64,000 bases of DNA from Podarcis gaigeae (Eukaryota), in the NCBI GenBank assembly GCA_964106915.2, contig OZ066919.1. One strand, written 5' to 3'. Of this stretch, positions 1 through 9,849 are shown one piece after another (within the stretch, counting starts at the first letter, position 1; each line of letters opens with the position of its first letter). Below the pieces are notes generated by a model. The model was not told the origin of the DNA. It ran no database searches and saw only the letters and a program-made list of their open reading frames with translations. Both the position numbers and the translations under genes were made by a program.

Positions 1-128
1 TCTTTTTATTACCTAGATCTGTTTATCCAGGACTGACTACTTACTGAGGATTCATGCACACTTTTAACTGTGCAGGGCAGACCCTCAATTTAGTTACTGC
101 CTCCAAGTATGGGAAGTATAATCGGGAA

Positions 129-138
129 GGGGGGGGGG

Positions 139-175
<37 letters not shown>
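129..175. repeat. Poly-G followed by (GA)n microsatellite
   Basis: Direct reading of the sequence. Confidence 0.95.
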
Positions 176-177
<2 letters not shown>

Positions 178-940
178 GAAATAATTAATTGGTCCAACCA
201 TTTCGTGAAATTTGGTCTTACAGCAGCAGCTGGCAGCTCTCCCCTGCAGGGGTAAGTAACCCATTAAGAATGTCTGCCTCCAGAGATTTCAAGAACGAAG
301 CAGGTCAGATGACAGCTAGAGCACATATGGTGCAAGACTTGCCACAAATGCAATTGAGCGCATGCTAAAGGGCATGACTGTGCCTACTGTGAGGTGATAA
401 CGGGTGGCGGAGAAAGTATATTCTGCCACCTCCATCTCATCCTTAGGTAGCCATGGAACAGAGGTTAACATCCATCCCAATAAACAGGAGCATAGGAAGT
501 CTGCTGTGGTAAGTTTACAAGACACTTCAATGATGAAATTTACTGAATCCATAATGATTTGGACAACACGGCTGTGAAAAGTCTAGATAAAGTGTAATCT
601 CGTTTTGTGAGAGCAGTTTTAGCCTTTGAGGTCTGGGGATGTGGGGCAAGGTGCTTGTAGCTGTTTGACTGACCTGGCAACTTCTCAACCTTTTCTCATT
701 GTGGCTGATCTGAACAAGCTTGTGATGGGTGTTGTGTTTTACTGGGTAAGTCCAAGGCATGGTAAATGCATATTTGTGTGCAGAAGCAGTGCCTGCCATC
801 CTTAAAGAAGCAGTAGTGCAGCCACTCTTGAAGAAGAAGAAAAAACAACTTGGTCACAGGGGCTTATGATAACTACTTTTTAGGGAAGATGCTTAAGAAG
901 GGTGGTGGTGGCAGCAGTTTGGCTCCAGGTGCTCCAAGAG

Positions 941-1264
941 CAAGGTGGGCCAATATTTTCATACCCAGTGGGCCACAAGAATACTTTGTTTGGGAACCCA
1001 TGGGCCGCACACTGTCTTGTCATGCAGAGATGGGGAGGCCAAAATTTGATGCCGCTCCCCCCACCTCTCATGCTGCCTTCCAAAAGCCAAGTAAGTGAGG
1101 TGCTGACTCTAGGACCCTATCAGAGCCCTCATGCATCCTTTCCAAAGTCCAGTGCCTCACTTACCCAGCTCTGAGAAGGCAGTGTGAGGGCTGGGAGGGG
1201 TCAAGTGTTTCTGATGGCTGCCAAAAAAAGCCCTAGGCCTTGGGCCGTGTGTTGGATCATCCTG
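941..1264. mobile_element. hAT-type non-autonomous DNA transposon (MITE)
   Basis: Imperfect TIRs CAAGGTGGGCCAA / TTGGATCATCCTG and an 8-bp TSD tccaagag (933-940) / tcctagag (1265-1272). The LINE reading frame resumes after it. Confidence 0.7.
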
Positions 1265-1418
1265 TCCTAGAGGAAACTGATTATATACACTCATTCCAGT
1301 CTGGGTTCAGAACTGATTTGGCCTTGGTTGCCTAATCATTTACTTTCACAGAGAGATTCAGGTAGGTAGCAGTGTTGGTCTGATGCAGTCAGTCTCTCTC
1401 TCCCCCTCTCTCTCTATA

Positions 1419-1773
1419 CAGTGGTGCCCCGCAAGACGAACACCTCGCAAGACGGAAAACCCGCTAGACGAAAGGGTTTTCCGTTTTGGAGGTGCTTCGC
1501 AAAATGAATTTCCCTATGGGGTTGCTTCGCAAGACGAAAAAATCTTGCGAGTCCCCGCAGTTTTTTCCTGCTTTTTTCGCCCTTTTCCTAAGCTGCTAAT
1601 CCGCTTAACAGCTGATCCGCTGATAAGCCGCTTAACAGCTGATCGCTAGAAGCCGCTTAACAGCTGTAGCGCTAATCCGCTAAGCTGTCAATGGGCTTGC
1701 TTCGCAAGACAAAAAAACCGCTAGACGAAGAGAATCGCGGAACGAATTCTTTTCGTCTTGCGAGGCACCACTG
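1419..1773. mobile_element. Tc1/mariner (Tigger/pogo-like) MITE
   Basis: TIRs CAGTGGTGCCCCGCAAGACGAA / TTCGTCTTGCGAGGCACCACTG with TA on both sides. Confidence 0.88.
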
Positions 1774-1777
1774 TATA

Positions 1778-1847
<70 letters not shown>
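1774..1847. repeat. Compound (TG)n(TA)n microsatellite
   Basis: Direct reading of the sequence. Confidence 0.95.
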
Positions 1848-1852
<5 letters not shown>

Positions 1853-1926
1853 GTCCAGTAGCACCTTAGAGACCAACTAAATTTGTTTTTGGTATAAGCT
1901 TTTGTGTGCATGCACACAATACACCA

Positions 1927-1964
1927 GTATCTGAAGAAGTGTGCATGCACACGAAAGCTTATAC
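1927..1964 (+). ncRNA. Minimal type I hammerhead ribozyme motif (Penelope-associated type)
   Basis: GUAU-CUGAAGA-A-GUGUG(CAUG)CACAC-GAAA-GCU-U-AUAC: stem I GUAU/AUAC, both catalytic boxes, 5-bp stem II, and palindromic AGCU in place of stem III. Confidence 0.65.
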
Positions 1965-2100
1965 AGTAATTCCTCAGGTTGAATGTGCTTCAGGTTAAGC
2001 GCTTTCGGGTTGCGCTCCATGGCAACCCGGAAGTAACGGAGTGTGTTACTTCCAGGTTTCGCCGCTCACGCACGCGCAGACCCTCAAAATGATGTCACCC
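1964..2100. mobile_element. Truncated Tigger-like MITE
   Basis: TA-CAGTAATTCCTCAGGTTG... with the gcaacccggaagtaa...ttacttcc hairpin shared with the full copy at 51676-51934. Right end missing. Confidence 0.7.
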
Positions 2101-3959
2101 TCCCTCTTTTAATGGTAAACATGCAAATTGTATTGATGAAGCTAAATTGCTTGACAACAAAAAGTGGTAAATATTCTGCTGTTTCACAGGCAGTTTTCCA
2201 TACTTGCAGGAACTAAGCCGGCAAGTTTTTTAATCTTGAGGAGGGGAATGCTTTGTCCTGTGGTATATGAAAGAGGTAGGCTGATCATATAGCTTATCCA
2301 AAAATAGTGGCTAAGTCTTCAGTAAACCACTGTATTATAGTGGTTCCATGCATACCTACAAGGCCTGTTTTACAGCATGGCATTGGGTGCCTGCATCTTG
2401 GCCTTGTGGGGGGTGAAGCAGGTAACTTCTTGTCTCTATTGCTGTTGAATATGAAACTATTCAAGGTAGTCATTAGGAAATTTGGGGTGTGATGTCATCA
2501 GTATGCAAATGACACCCAGCTCTACTTCTCTGTTACATCAGAGTCAGGAATAGATATGCAAGTCTCCCTGGACAAAGGGATTGATGAGCGTCAATAAGAT
2601 AAATCTTGATAAAATAAAGGCCTTGTCAGTAGGAGGTTCCCGGGTCTGGGGAGTGGACACATTGCCTGTTCGGGGGGGGGGGCGCTGCACTCTCTCTGAA
2701 GAACAGGTGCAAAGTCTGAGGGCACACCTTCATCCACTATTGTTACTGGGGGCCCAAGTGGCCATGGTAGCCTTTTACCAACTTTGGCTAGTGCACCAGC
2801 TGTGACAGTTCCTGGACAACCTAGACACAGAGATTCATACATTGGTAACGTCAAGGCAGGATTTCTGTTAATACACTCTTTGTGGGGACGCGCTTAAGGT
2901 TGGTCTGGAAACTGCAGCTTGTGCAGATTGCTGCTGTTATGTTGCTGAGTGGAGCTACCTACCAATAGTATATGACAGCACTTTGGAAAGACCTGCCCTG
3001 GCATTTTTACCACTGCATAAAACCAGCATTCCCCCCATGTGATTATCACTAAGATATTGTTATATATTATTTTAAATTGCTCTGTCAATGCTTAAGAAAT
3101 AAAATTGACAATATGTGAGCGCATGTAGCTTAATGCTCAAGACTGGCATGTCTGTGTACATTGTTTTTTGAGAATTGCTTGTTGTTTGAAGAAAAGATAC
3201 AACCTGAATATTATACAACAGATAAACACAAAACTACTGGGAAAGGTTTTAATTCCCCAAGGCTGATTCTAGTAACAGTAAATGTTTGGCAGAGTCAGAG
3301 GGAATATTTTGTGATAATAAGAATTGTTGGGAAAAGAATATTTAAAGAAAATAATAAAAATTTATCTGGGGGAAAATGTTTAGCAGAAGTCATCAATATT
3401 TCTGTTTTTCCTCTATCCTTTCTGCTGCATTTGCAAAAGCTGTTCCTCATAAATCTATAGTAAATTTTATTTACCATTTCTGCATCTAAAAGACCTCTTC
3501 CCTATTTGGGTACCAATACCCAAGTACAAAATATATTCATATCATATTGTAACATACTGTATATAGTGTGTGATGAATTTATACATTGCCACCAATTGTA
3601 TTTTCCTGTTCTAAAAGTGCATTAGTTCTGCACTCTATGATTGAGTCTATCAAGTATTTGTAGTGATTTAAATTAATTTAAATTCATGTTAACTGGAGAC
3701 GATCAGTTATGCTCTGTAATGCCCACTGATACAATACTTTAAAAGAGAGTAACTACAATGCGGCGCTAAGGTTCGGCCTAGACAGCGTATTCAAAACAGT
3801 ACCCACACTAGAGGAATAAATTTGCTGCTGTTGTAGAGCAAATTACAACTGTATTCAGGCACTGATTTCTGCTACCACCCCACTTGAAAAACTGAAACTT
3901 CCAGCTTACTAGAACCACCAGCTACTAATTCTTCCTCCTCTGCCCCTGCTCAGTTTGCA

Positions 3960-4115
3960 TATCATAGCAACATATGAAGCTGCCTTACGAGTCAGACCAC
4001 TGCTGGATCTAGTTCAGTACTGCCTACACTGACTGGCAATGACGCTCCAGGGTTTCAGGAAATGCCATTAATTGAACCTGGGATATTTTACATACAAACC
4101 AAGTGCTGTACCACT
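3960..4115 (-). mobile_element. tRNA-derived SINE remnant with CR1-like tail
   Basis: gaagctgccttac...tcagaccactg...ttgaacctggg...ctgtaccact, with A/B-box remnants on the minus strand. Homologous copy at 17676-17850. Confidence 0.55.
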
Positions 4116-5479
4116 TTAATTACTTTCATTCCCTAAGTCTACATACATAGCAGTTTAAAGAACTGAGTGGGTAAATGAAGGTACTGCAAATACAGCTACT
4201 TTGATTTTTCTGATAATCACACAAAGCAACAATATTATATTTGTACAATTTCCTTGAAGGTATTTATCAGGCTGTGTGGTCAGTCTGCAGCATACACACC
4301 ACAAGTTGCATAAACAGCAGGAGTTTGTGGCACATCTGAGCAGGGGCAAGAAGTACTGGGAGCCTGGCTACAGCAAAGTGTCATCGCCCCCATGCTCTGC
4401 TGGCCTCTCCTGTGCTGCATACTTCTAAGGTTAGTAGGGTCTGAGGCAAAACCAAACCATTGTAGAGAGGTTGCCTGTACTGTATAATAAATCTAGCATA
4501 CACAAATTTAGCATACACAAATCTACCATACACCTTTTCATTCTTTGGGTTTGAAATACCTTGGCACATTTGCTTAAAAAGTTATCTATTGTTGCATTTA
4601 GAAAAATGAGGAGGGTCAGTAAAACTATTCAGCTAAATTTACTATTTATTTAAATATCATTATATTTTCCCTTCATTAAAAAAATAACATGGATGATGGC
4701 AGTATTCTGTTTGATTTACAGATCAGCTATGTCATCTTGCCACTGAAACAAACTGTGTGCTGATATCTTAGCTTCCAAGTAAAAGAGGATCTAATTATAA
4801 TGCAGTAGCATTAACAAGAATGGAAAAGTAAATATAGTTTACAAGCAGGTGATATACTAAAGTTTTAGCAACTCTGGATAAAAGCTCTTCTGAGTATCTT
4901 GGTCCTGAATTTACTTTGATCCCAAAGGCAATGTTTATTATACAAGAAGTTAAAATACATCCTCCCCTGTGGTTTTCTGTGACAGACTGAATATTTTCAA
5001 TTCTTTCGGAACAAAATATATCTAGGTTTCTAGGTAAAATACCCAAGAATATTTGCCACTGCAGCCTATTTTCCCATAGGCACAGAAAAGGTAAGCAAAG
5101 TGAATTTGAAACACGCAAAGTGAAACCACATTTCTCAAAAGGCCTTACAAACAAATACCCACAGCCAACATGAAGGGCACTGACCTATTCTAACAATATA
5201 AGCCCTAAGGGCAAGCAATTAGGAAAACATATGTTATGTAACTGCAACGCCCATTATGACTGTCAAGAAAATAATACGGACTCCAGGTCCCAGCAATTCA
5301 TCACCACCTTTAATTATTACAAGAGATAATCTCTGCCCAAGGAGAAGAGGGAACAATTATCAAGGGTGTCACTACGCCCTAAGTGGCAATTATTGCGGCC
5401 ACTACTAGATCACTTTCCTTAAAAAAAACCCACTAATCGTGGGGCTCTCAATGAAGCCAAAGTAGCTAGTGAAACAAAC

Positions 5480-6720
5480 CACGCGCGCCAGTCCTGTGGT
5501 ACAAAAAGATGCGTAAGTTGGCGTGTTATTAAAGGGGGGGCGGGGAATGAAAGCGCAACTGCGCCTGGATCCAAACCGGACGCTGCGCCTTGAAAGGGAT
5601 GAGCGGAGTCTTGGCTGATGCAGAACCTGCCACGATCAAGGTCACGTTACTGACATCCTAGAAACACAGCATCCCTTCTTGCCCAAGAGGAGGAGGAGAA
5701 GCTCGCCTGCCCTTTTGGCTTTCCTCCTCTGACGGGGGCCGAGCGGCGTCAGCAGCAGCCTCCGATCAACAAGAAGCATGGTGCCGGGAGGAAGCCGAGC
5801 GCTGCGAAGAGACACGCCGCCGACACCCGCCCGCCCCTTCGCAGGGCAAGAGGCGGCGCGGGAGACGTGACGGGCCCCTCCGGGAAGCCGAGCGCCGGTC
5901 CCACGCGGGCGCCGAAAGCCGCTCGGACGTCGCCGGAGGGACCGGCGAGCCAGCCAAGCACCTTCCCGGCTCCCGATGAAGGAGCCTCCGGGCACCCCGA
6001 GCCCGGAGGGAAGAGGCGCCGCCCGGGCCCCGGGACTCCCTCCTCTCCGCCACAGCCGCGGCTGGTCCCCGCCCCTCTCCGCCTTTGTGAGGCCGCGGCG
6101 GGAACTCTTCTGCGCTCGCTGCCGGGCTCCCTCCCTCCCCCCCGCCTCCCTCTCTCCGCGGGGCCGCCTAGGGAGCGCCATGTCCTTACCGGGGAGGGGG
6201 GGTTGCTTCTCGTACGTGCCAGGGGCTCGAGCCGCGGGGGCAGGGGCCGCCAATGATCCGCTCGCCGAGTCGAGCCCAGCGCCGCCGACTGAGCAGCGCC
6301 ACAAAATGGCCGACGCGACTGCGGCGCCGCTAGCTCGCCCGCCCGCCCGCCCGCCTGCCGCGAGGGGAGGGGAGGGGAGGGGAGGGTCCTCCTGTGGGAG
6401 GGGCGAAAGGGCCAGGGGGCGTGGCTCCGGCGGAGAGGGCTCGGGGGCCCTCGCGCAAAATCCAGGCGTTGGCGGCCCGTCACGCGCGCATCCATCTCTC
6501 GGGACCCGGAAGGCGTCGCTGCTTTCCCGCTGTCCAGTGTGAGTTCGCCAGTGAGAGGAACTCACGACACGGGCAACGAGCGCGTGCTTTTTTTAAATAC
6601 GCGCTGCTGCTGGGCTCAGGTGTATTAAATCCTTGGAGTGTATTAAATCCTTGGGCCATCAGCCGCAAATTATGGACCGCTTTTAAGGCCACGTTTAAGA
6701 CATACCAAACCTTTTCCTCT
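5480..6720. promoter_or_regulatory. CpG island promoter
   Basis: Abrupt GC- and CpG-rich segment in an AT-rich, CpG-depleted background. Contains GC boxes (gcccgccc repeats near 6336-6355) and a YY1-like CAAAATGGCCG at 6302-6312. Confidence 0.9.
6190..6335 (-). other. Probable non-coding first exon of an unidentified downstream gene
   Basis: Donor CCG|GTAAGG at 6189 lies downstream (minus sense) of the GC boxes and YY1 motif. No ATG in the segment on the minus strand. The 5' boundary is approximate. Confidence 0.5.
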
Positions 6721-6770
6721 TTCACGCGGGGAACAGGGCAGAGTTCAGTGGCTGGAGTACGTGCTTCGTA

Positions 6771-6996
6771 TAGTGGTACCTCGGGTTAAGTACTTAATTC
6801 GTTCCGGAGGTCCGTTCTTAACCTGAAACTGTTCTTAACCTGAAGCACCACTTTAGCTAATGGGGCCTCCTGCTGCCGCCGCGCCGCCGGAGCACGATTT
6901 CTGTTCTCATCCTGAAGCAAAGTTCTTAACCCGAGGTACTATTTCTGGGTTAGCAGAGTCTGTAACCTGAAGCGTCTGTAACCCGAGGTACCACTG
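6771..6996 (+). mobile_element. Tigger/pogo-like MITE (226 bp)
   Basis: TIRs (t)AGTGGTACCTCGGGTTA / TAACCCGAGGTACCACTG with TA TSD. Near-identical to copies at 28896 and 31682. Confidence 0.9.
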
Positions 6997-9219
6997 TACA
7001 CAGCAAGTTCTCTCTGATCCCAACCACAGCCACTGGTGTAGTGGTCAACTCTGAACTGCAGGCACTCTTCAAAGATAGCGTTGCACCTTGGCTTGTGAGC
7101 TTATACAACAACAACAAAAGTACATAAATATGAATTTTTTGACCAATGCAGACATTACGGCTTCGGTATCAAGGCAATTTTCTGCTCACTCGCTCTTCCA
7201 ACCAGGGGCGTACCTTGAGGTTGGCCATGTTGGCTCTTGGCCCCCTGGCATGGGTGGGTGTGCAAAATAAATTGCTTCTCTCCACTTTGGTTTGGAGTGG
7301 CTAGGAGCCATTTTGCTGGGAGGAGAAGCAAGTTGGTTTAGAATCTTGCTGATTATTTAGGGTGCTATTTTCTTTTAAAATGCAGGTTATCCTTGTTTGT
7401 TATTTTTCTGGTTTTTTAAAATGTTGTTTTAATGTTTATTTTAATGTTTCTTCTCAACATTTTCCAGGAGAAAATCAGGACCAGATTCTCCCCTTTCAGG
7501 TTTTGGAGGAAACAATTAAATAAGGTTATATAACATAACTCCTCCTCAGTCCGCTGCTCTGAACAGCAATCAGAATCTCTGATGTTGGCGACGGGATCAC
7601 TGACCATAATCAGAATACAGCGTAAAGCGTGACGGAGCCGAGTTCCGCCGGCTTTAGAGACCTCTTCATATATAGTTAAGATTCTTACACTGGCCATAGG
7701 GTGGCAGTATTTCCCTAAACACATCCTTTGTTTTCATTCCATTAACTGAAGAAATCAGTTTGCAGATTATGGAGAATGAGCAGCTTAAACAAAATGTTTA
7801 GGGGTACTCTCTCCCTGCCAAGTTTTGATGGGCAGAATTTTACTTACTCTGCCTAAAAATATGGACAAGTTGTTGAAGATTGAGCCCAATCATATGCCCC
7901 CTTGATCCCTGCCCTGTTTGGCTGGTGGAAACTGCCCCAAGCAGCTTGTCTATTTGGGAGTATCAACACCTATTTATTAGATGATGTGGAACCATTGCTT
8001 TTGTGTGTTTTTACACATATGCAGTTTTTTTAAAAAGTTGCATCTCCCCTGAAGTACTGAGTACTTCCAGGTGGGGTGGGGTGGGGGGGCTAAATAGATG
8101 GTAGATTGAAGTGAAAATTTCATGTTCTCATGTCTACCATCACAATTTGTTCTCAGCTCTGATGTCCACAATGAGAAGCTAATATCCAGTTCTGCACAGA
8201 AACTGGAATGTGAACACCCAGTGTTAGCTTCTAGAGCTCGTTTTTGGCTGGAAACTACAGGCTTTAAGTTGAAAATTCTGCCCCTTGAACTCAAAGGTGA
8301 AAATAATAGGATACATCAGATCTATTAGCTGTGCAATCTTTTGAAATGTCAGGGTGCAGCAGTGGGAGCATTCACAGCCATGCATCATCTGAGAGCTATG
8401 GAATATTGCAACAGGGTCTGGCATATATCCACTTCTGCACAGATGAGAAACTTTGGGCCAAGTGTAGCCCTCTAGGAGTCTATGTGGCTCTCCCCACGTC
8501 ACACCTCTCACCAGCCATGCTTCATGCCCTTGAGTGCTCTTGGCTAGCCAGAATGTGTCCTTGAACTGTGTTAATGCCTCTTGCTTGTTGCGATGGAGGG
8601 GTGTGTGACTTTTACCTATTGTTCCACCTATTTTTAAAATGGTTCTGCCTCGCCACAAACGTGTGGCCTCCAGATTGCCCATGAGGGAATGTGGACCTTG
8701 GGCTGAGAAGTGCTATCCACCCTTGACCATCCTGATTCACTGATGTCCTTAAATAATTGTGACCATGTAGGACTATTTGCAGTGTTGAGACAGCTCTTGC
8801 GATGAGGGAAGGGTGCTTCCCGCACGCTCAAGAACACATTCTATTATTTCACTTTTCTGGACTAAGCCAATGAGCTGAAATCACTACTGTTAGAAGACAA
8901 ACAACAAATTGCAAGCAGGAATGGCTGGTAAACAGTCAGCTAACGGAATTGGAGGGGGGATAAAGCCTGTTTTCATACACTCCTCTAGATATTCCTAACC
9001 AGAAAACTTCAAGCTGCAGAGTTCACAAATATTGACCTGCAGTGTACAGTATCAACCTTTTGACTGAGATAACCTTGCTGTTATTTGCATTAGCACTAAG
9101 ATTAGGAGCTAATATGCATTCCCTGGTACTGTAACCTGGAAAACGATCTGTGGAGGGTGAGGACCAATTTTTATACAAACCTATATAGTATTACTGTTTG
9201 CTTTGCATGTGCTTAACAT

Positions 9220-9610
9220 TTATTATTATCATCATCATCATCATCATCTAACTTTTTATTGCCCAAGGCAACTCAAAGTGGCTTATAACCAAACAACAAC
9301 TCCCCCTCAATACATACATTAAAACTGAGAAACAAAAATATATTAAAAACATCCACTCTAAAAGGCCACAGATAGTTAAGAAGCTAGAGGCCTGGTTAAA
9401 GAGGAAATATTTTGCTTGGCATTGAAAAATATAGAATGATGCTACCAGGTGATCCTCGGTGGGGAGAGCATTCCACAAACGGGGAGCAACCACTGAAAAG
9501 GCCAATTCTTGTGTTGTTACCCTCCAGACCTCCCATGGAGGGGGCATACTAAGAAGGGCCTCAGATGATGGTCCATATCGGTTCATATGGGAAGAGGTGG
9601 TACCTGAGGT
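9220..9610 (-). mobile_element. L2-type LINE 3' fragment with microsatellite tail
   Basis: Remnant AFSVVAPRLWNALP peptide; (ATT/ATC)n tail at about 9221-9247. Confidence 0.75.
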
Positions 9611-9849
9611 TCTGGTAAAATGAGTACTCTGCTATGACCCAAAACCACAAAAGAGACACCACCACAAAGAACTCAAAAGTAGGAGGGTAACAACTGTCAT
9701 TAACAATGTAAATAAGTTATAGTCACTATTCAGCCAGGAGAAAAGGTGGGGAGAAAGCAGATATTATGAAAGGTAGTTTAAATTCATGCCCTTAGTCAAG
9801 GCACAGTTTGTCTATATCTAAATCGGTGTTTAAAAACACATAGAAAACA

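Larger units (their letters stand above)
1357..1964. mobile_element. Penelope-like retroelement terminal (pseudo-LTR) remnant with an inverted segment
   Basis: ggtaggtagcagtgttggtctg...ccagtagcaccttagagaccaact matches the copy at 42287-42412. Positions 1891-1917 and 1939-1964 are inverted copies of each other. Carries a hammerhead motif. Family assignment is by inference. Confidence 0.6.
340..3000 (+). mobile_element. Decayed L2-type LINE ORF2 (reverse transcriptase) fragment interrupted by younger insertions
   Basis: Remnant peptides LKEAVVQPLLKK (about 801-836), FLGKML, EETDYIHSFQSGF (about 1270-1308) and CHQYANDTQLYFS (about 2494-2532, degenerate YADD motif), with many stops and frameshifts. 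Confidence 0.75.

Noticed and set aside
1596-1687. Repeat-spacer-like pattern resembling a CRISPR array
   Set aside because: Eukaryotic context, very short variable linkers, and location inside a MITE; it is an internal tandem repeat.
5642-6789. Several long overlapping ORFs (up to 307 aa) on both strands
   Set aside because: Stop-codon scarcity in the GC-rich CpG island; Pro/Gly/Ala/Arg-rich translations with no recognisable domain.
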